64,000 nucleotides of DNA from Novosphingobium sp. (GTDB lineage Bacteria; Pseudomonadota; Alphaproteobacteria; Sphingomonadales; Sphingomonadaceae). Below, in pieces: positions 60,641-64,000 of the stretch. The stretch is from contig JANMKT010000029.1 in the NCBI GenBank assembly GCA_031372185.1, positions 9,010 to 73,009 on the forward strand, in the 5' to 3' direction. Made by a program: the position numbers and the translations under genes. Numbering within the stretch: position 1 is the stretch's first letter; each line of letters opens with the position of its first letter. The notes below the pieces were generated by a model, which saw nothing but the letters and a program-made list of their open reading frames with translations, ran no database searches and was not told the origin of the DNA.

Positions 60641-61723
60641 ATGACTGACCTGTTCGATAACCCGCTTGGCCTCGACGGCTTCGAATTCGTTGAGTTCTCG
60701 GCGCCTGAAAAGGGTGTGCTCGAACCGGTGTTCGCGGCAATGGGATTTGCCCTCATCGCCCGGCATCGCTCCAAGGATGTCCAGCTGTGGCGTCAGGGCG
60801 AGATCAATCTGATCGCCAATTACGAGCCGCGTAGCCCGGCTGCCTATTTCACCGCCGAACACGGCCCCTCCGCCTGCGGGATGGCCTTTCGCGTGCGCGA
60901 CGCGGCCAAAGCCTATGCTCTGGCGCTCGAACGCGGAGCTGAACCGGTTGAAGTCCGAACCGGCCCGATGGAACTCAGCCTGCCTGCCATTCGCGGCATC
61001 GGCGGCTCGATCATCTACCTGATCGACCGCTACGGCGATGACGGCCTGAGCATCTATGACATTGACTTCAACTATGAACCCGGCGCTGACCGCCATCCAG
61101 TTGGCGCAGGCATGCGGATAATCGATCACCTTACCCACAACCTTTACGGCGGGCGGATGGCCCATTGGGCGGCCTTTTATGAACGGATCTTCAACTTCCG
61201 CGAGATCCGCTATTTCGACATCAAGGGTGAATATACCGGCCTGACCAGCAAGGCGATGACCGCGCCCGATGGCAAGATCCGCATTCCACTCAATGAGGAA
61301 GGCCAGAAGGGAGGCGGCCAGATCGAGGAATACCTGCGCGCCTATAATGGCGAAGGCATCCAGCACATCGCCTTTTCCTGCGACGATCTTTATACTGCCT
61401 GGGACAAGCTAAAGGCGCTCGGCACCCCCTTCGCCCCGGCTCCGCCAGCGACCTATTACGAGATGCTGGCCGAGCGTTTGCCGGGACACGGCGAGCCGGT
61501 CGATGCGCTGCAAACCCGCGGCATCCTGCTCGATGGCTCGACCGAAAATAATGACCCGCGCCTGCTGCTTCAAATCTTCTCGAAAACCATGGTCGGGCCA
61601 GTGTTCTTCGAATTCATCCAGCGAAAGAAGGACGAAGGCTTTGGCGAGGGCAATTTCACCGCGCTGTTCAAATCGATGGAAGCCGATCAGATCCGGCGCG
61701 GGGCTTTACAGATCGACGGCTGA
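60641..61723 (+). CDS. hppD: 4-hydroxyphenylpyruvate dioxygenase
   Basis: [27 protein letters not shown]. Confidence 0.96.
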   Translation: MTDLFDNPLGLDGFEFVEFSAPEKGVLEPVFAAMGFALIARHRSKDVQLWRQGEINLIANYEPRSPAAYFTAEHGPSACGMAFRVRDAAKAYALALERGAEPVEVRTGPMELSLPAIRGIGGSIIYLIDRYGDDGLSIYDIDFNYEPGADRHPVGAGMRIIDHLTHNLYGGRMAHWAAFYERIFNFREIRYFDIKGEYTGLTSKAMTAPDGKIRIPLNEEGQKGGGQIEEYLRAYNGEGIQHIAFSCDDLYTAWDKLKALGTPFAPAPPATYYEMLAERLPGHGEPVDALQTRGILLDGSTENNDPRLLLQIFSKTMVGPVFFEFIQRKKDEGFGEGNFTALFKSMEADQIRRGALQIDG

Positions 61724-61753
61724 TACCAGATCTCGATGATTCTGACTCATTCC

Positions 61754-61774
61754 CCCCTCCCCGTTGGGGAGGGG
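61754..61774 (+). terminator. hairpin after hppD
   Basis: cccctcccc-gtt-ggggagggg perfect 9-bp stem followed by cttt. Confidence 0.55.
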
Positions 61775-61811
61775 CTTTATAGGTTCCGATCATCGAGATC
61801 TGGTATGAGTG

Positions 61812-61888
61812 TGGTGCGCCCGACGGGATTCGAACCCATGGCCCCCAGATTAGGAATCTGGTGCTCTATCCGGCTGAGCTACGGGCGC
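61812..61888 (-). tRNA. tRNA-Arg(CCT)
   Basis: GCGCCCG acceptor, anticodon arm CCAGA-TTCCTAA-TCTGG, GGTTCGAATCC, encoded CCA; 77 nt. Confidence 0.96.
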
Positions 61889-61925
61889 ACGACGCTCTCT
61901 TAAGCAGGCGCGCCGCCGCTGGCAA

Positions 61926-62396
61926 TCAGTTGAGTTCGTCCGGCGCTGCGACCGGAAATGGTAGTGGAACGAGCGCAATACCCTCCTCGATCAGCTCGAT
62001 TGCCTGCGTCGGAGTAGCCTGGCCGTGGATCACCTCTGCTTCGCGTTCGCCATAATGGATCGCGCGGGATTGTTCGGCAAACTTGTCACCTACCCAGCGT
62101 GAATGTTTGAGCGCTTCGGCTTGCATTTGCACCATAGCCTGGATCACCGTGGCAGCTTCTGGCGGCAGCGCCCCGCCGACTGCAGACTGCGGTTGCGGCG
62201 CCTGCGAAACTTGGGCAATCTGATTGCCCTTGCGGCTGACATTGGGCGCCATCGGGGCCTTGCTTACAGCTGTCGAACCACAAGCCGGGCAATGGACCAA
62301 ACCTGCTTCGCATTGCCGGCCGAAGTCTTCGGTTGAGCCAAACCATCCCTCGAACCGGTGTCCTGCCGATTGGCATTCAAGATCAAAAACAATCAT
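61926..62396 (-). CDS. DUF1178 family protein
   Basis: MIVFDL.C...H.FEGWF, CPACGS, FAEQSRAIHYGE. Confidence 0.9.
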   Translation of the reverse strand: MIVFDLECQSAGHRFEGWFGSTEDFGRQCEAGLVHCPACGSTAVSKAPMAPNVSRKGNQIAQVSQAPQPQSAVGGALPPEAATVIQAMVQMQAEALKHSRWVGDKFAEQSRAIHYGEREAEVIHGQATPTQAIELIEEGIALVPLPFPVAAPDELN

Positions 62397-63220
62397 TATG
62401 TAGGCAGATCGGGAATCATGCGACGATTTGCAAGGCTGGGCAATTGCTCCCGCACCTCAGCAAGCCGCTTTCGATCCAGATCGACAAAGCTCAGCCCCGC
62501 CGCCTCGCCGCCCATATCGAGCAGCACATCGCCCCACGGGTCGACGACCAGACTATGGCCATAGGTGCTTCGGCCATCCTCATGGGTGCCAACTTGGGCG
62601 GCGGCGATGACAAAGGCGCTCGCCTCGATCGCGCGGGCGCGCTGCAGGATATGCCAATGCGCGGCACCCGTCGGCACCGTAAAGGCGGCGGGGATCGAAA
62701 TCGCATCGCAGCCGGCCCGGCCCAACGCTTCGAACAGCCCCGGGAAGCGCAAATCATAACAGATCGTCAGGCCTAGACGGCCGATCGGCGTTTCGGCCAC
62801 AGCTAGCGCCTCGCCCGGCGCATAGGCACTGGATTCGCGCCAGCTTTCGCCACTGGCCAGATCGACATCGAACATATGCAGCTTGTCATAGCGGGCGGCA
62901 ACATTGCCGCTGGCATCGACCAGCAGCGAGCGGTTGGCCCAGCGGCCATCTTCGCGCAGCACTGCCAACGACCCGATCGCGACCCAGATCCCGGCCCGTG
63001 CCACCACCTCTTGAACCGCAGCCAGCACCGGGTTTTCGGCTTCGGTCACAATATGAGCCCGCGCCCTTTCGCGATTTCGGTCAAGCAGGCCGGACATTTC
63101 AGGGGTAAAGACCATCTCTGCCCCCGCCATCGCCGCCGCGCCTACCGCGCCCACCAGGGTCGCCGCATTGACCGCCGGATCGATTCTGGCAGTCATTTGC
63201 AGCACGGCGATGCGGGTCAT
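62396..63220 (-). CDS. carbon-nitrogen hydrolase (Nit1/deaminated glutathione amidase-like)
   Basis: FTPE, YDKLHMFDV, ICYDLRFP triad, TYGHS. Confidence 0.9.
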   Translation of the reverse strand: MTRIAVLQMTARIDPAVNAATLVGAVGAAAMAGAEMVFTPEMSGLLDRNRERARAHIVTEAENPVLAAVQEVVARAGIWVAIGSLAVLREDGRWANRSLLVDASGNVAARYDKLHMFDVDLASGESWRESSAYAPGEALAVAETPIGRLGLTICYDLRFPGLFEALGRAGCDAISIPAAFTVPTGAAHWHILQRARAIEASAFVIAAAQVGTHEDGRSTYGHSLVVDPWGDVLLDMGGEAAGLSFVDLDRKRLAEVREQLPSLANRRMIPDLPT

Positions 63221-63234
63221 CGGCGGATCACGCC

Positions 63235-63498
63235 TCAGCAGCCCAGCAACGGGTCAAGCTTGCCGGAAGCATCCAGCGCCATGAGTTCATCGCAGCCGCC
63301 GATCCCCACATTGCCGATGAATATCTGTGGAACGCTGCTCGCGCCGGGTGCACGTTCCACCATTTCGATGCGCTTTGGCCCGCCCATGGTGATGTCATAT
63401 TCGTCGTATTTCACGCCCTTGCCATCCAGCAGTGCCTTGGCGCGGGAACAAAACGGACAGCCCCACTTGGAGTAAATCTCAATCTGCGGGGAGCTCAT
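63235..63498 (-). CDS. grxC: glutaredoxin 3
   Basis: CPFC, SVPQIFI, GGCDEL. Confidence 0.93.
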   Translation of the reverse strand: MSSPQIEIYSKWGCPFCSRAKALLDGKGVKYDEYDITMGGPKRIEMVERAPGASSVPQIFIGNVGIGGCDELMALDASGKLDPLLGC

Positions 63499-63527
63499 GC
63501 ACTTTCCTTCGTTGTGGCTTCCGCCCC

Positions 63528-63550
63528 CTTGAAACAAGTCCGTGCTATCA
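63528..63550 (+). promoter_or_regulatory. possible RpoH (sigma32)-type promoter of the hsp20 gene
   Basis: CTTGAA at 63528 and a CTATCA(TAT) element at 63545, upstream of a heat-shock gene. Confidence 0.4.
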
Positions 63551-63562
63551 TATCTTCGTTTT

Positions 63563-63656
63563 GGTGTCATGGCCCGCATGGGGGTGACACCGCAGCGAAG
63601 CGCCAGGAACGGGCTTCGAGAGATTAAAGATTGCTCAAAGGAGGATTTTTATCATG
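63563..63656 (+). promoter_or_regulatory. ROSE-like RNA thermometer in the hsp20 5' UTR
   Basis: 5' hairpin ggtgtca/tgacacc; SD hairpin gaUUGCUc-aaag-GAGGauuu with a bulged G. Confidence 0.6.
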
Positions 63657-64000
63657 AACCGTTTTGATTTTACTCCCTATCGCCGCTCTACTGTCGGGTT
63701 TGACCGGCTGTTCGATCTGCTGGAAAACAACTCGCGGGCAAGTGCCGGTGACAATTACCCGCCGTTTAATATTGAGCGCCGGGGCGAGGATCATTATCGC
63801 ATCACACTCGCCGTCGCCGGATTCAAATCGGCTGATCTTGAGATAACTGCCCAGCAGAACCTTCTGATCGTGCAAGGCCGCAAGGGCGATGAGGCGGCTG
63901 ACGCCGAATTCCTCCACGTTGGAATTGCCCAGCGCGGGTTCGAGCGCCGCTTTGAACTGGCCGATTTCGTGCTGGTCGGTAATGCAAATCTGGAAGACGG
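63654..64000 (+). CDS. Hsp20/IbpA family small heat shock protein (3'-truncated)
   Basis: MNRFDFTPYRRSTVGFDRLFDLL, NYPPFNIE, YRITLAVAGF, HVGIAQRGFERRFELAD; GGAGG SD. Confidence 0.93.
   Translation, partial: MNRFDFTPYRRSTVGFDRLFDLLENNSRASAGDNYPPFNIERRGEDHYRITLAVAGFKSADLEITAQQNLLIVQGRKGDEAADAEFLHVGIAQRGFERRFELADFVLVGNANLED

Noticed and set aside
61724-61888. tRNA-Arg(CCT) as an occupied integration site
   Set aside because: The 3' flank runs straight into the hppD terminator; no duplicate att and no integrase.

Overview
A 64-kb chromosomal segment of a high-GC alphaproteobacterium, most likely Sphingomonadales (Novosphingobium/Erythrobacter-like). The assignment is inferred from the tandem-domain Hfq and from gene order. 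The window appears to span the replication terminus: a 28-bp dif-like site lies at 27222-27249 and GGGNAGGG (KOPS) polarity flips across it. Most genes are housekeeping: alr, phaR, proS, rnr, pdhC-lpdA, mlt-rlpA-dac-tmk-holB-metG-tatD, mazG, dusB-ntrBC-ntrYX-hfq-hflX, ispDF, lipA, gyrA, trmFO, pdhAB, hppD, grxC, a small heat-shock gene, tRNA-Ser(TGA) and tRNA-Arg(CCT). Accessory modules are a MazEF-type TA pair, a glycolipid/polysaccharide cluster (GMC-AKR fusion, deacetylase, two GT4s, DUF2141, an LptF/G paralog), an SbtA-SbtB-carbonic anhydrase operon, orphan Tad pseudopilin genes, and an ECF sigma/anti-sigma/S8 protease/PRC-barrel module. Three observations stand out. (1) One palindromic CGTC-type repeat family occurs intergenically and also in frame in the lipoyl-domain linkers of both PdhC and PdhB, giving the same peptide, [12 protein letters not shown]. 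(2) The ECF module has a palindromic bidirectional promoter, a third copy of the motif in front of the PRC-barrel gene, and a sigma gene whose only nearby ATG is out of frame. (3) The glycosyltransferase/deacetylase/LptF cluster is a candidate locus for glycosphingolipid head-group synthesis and export. No CRISPR, rRNA, integrase or transposase was seen. All functional calls come from motif recognition, not database searches.
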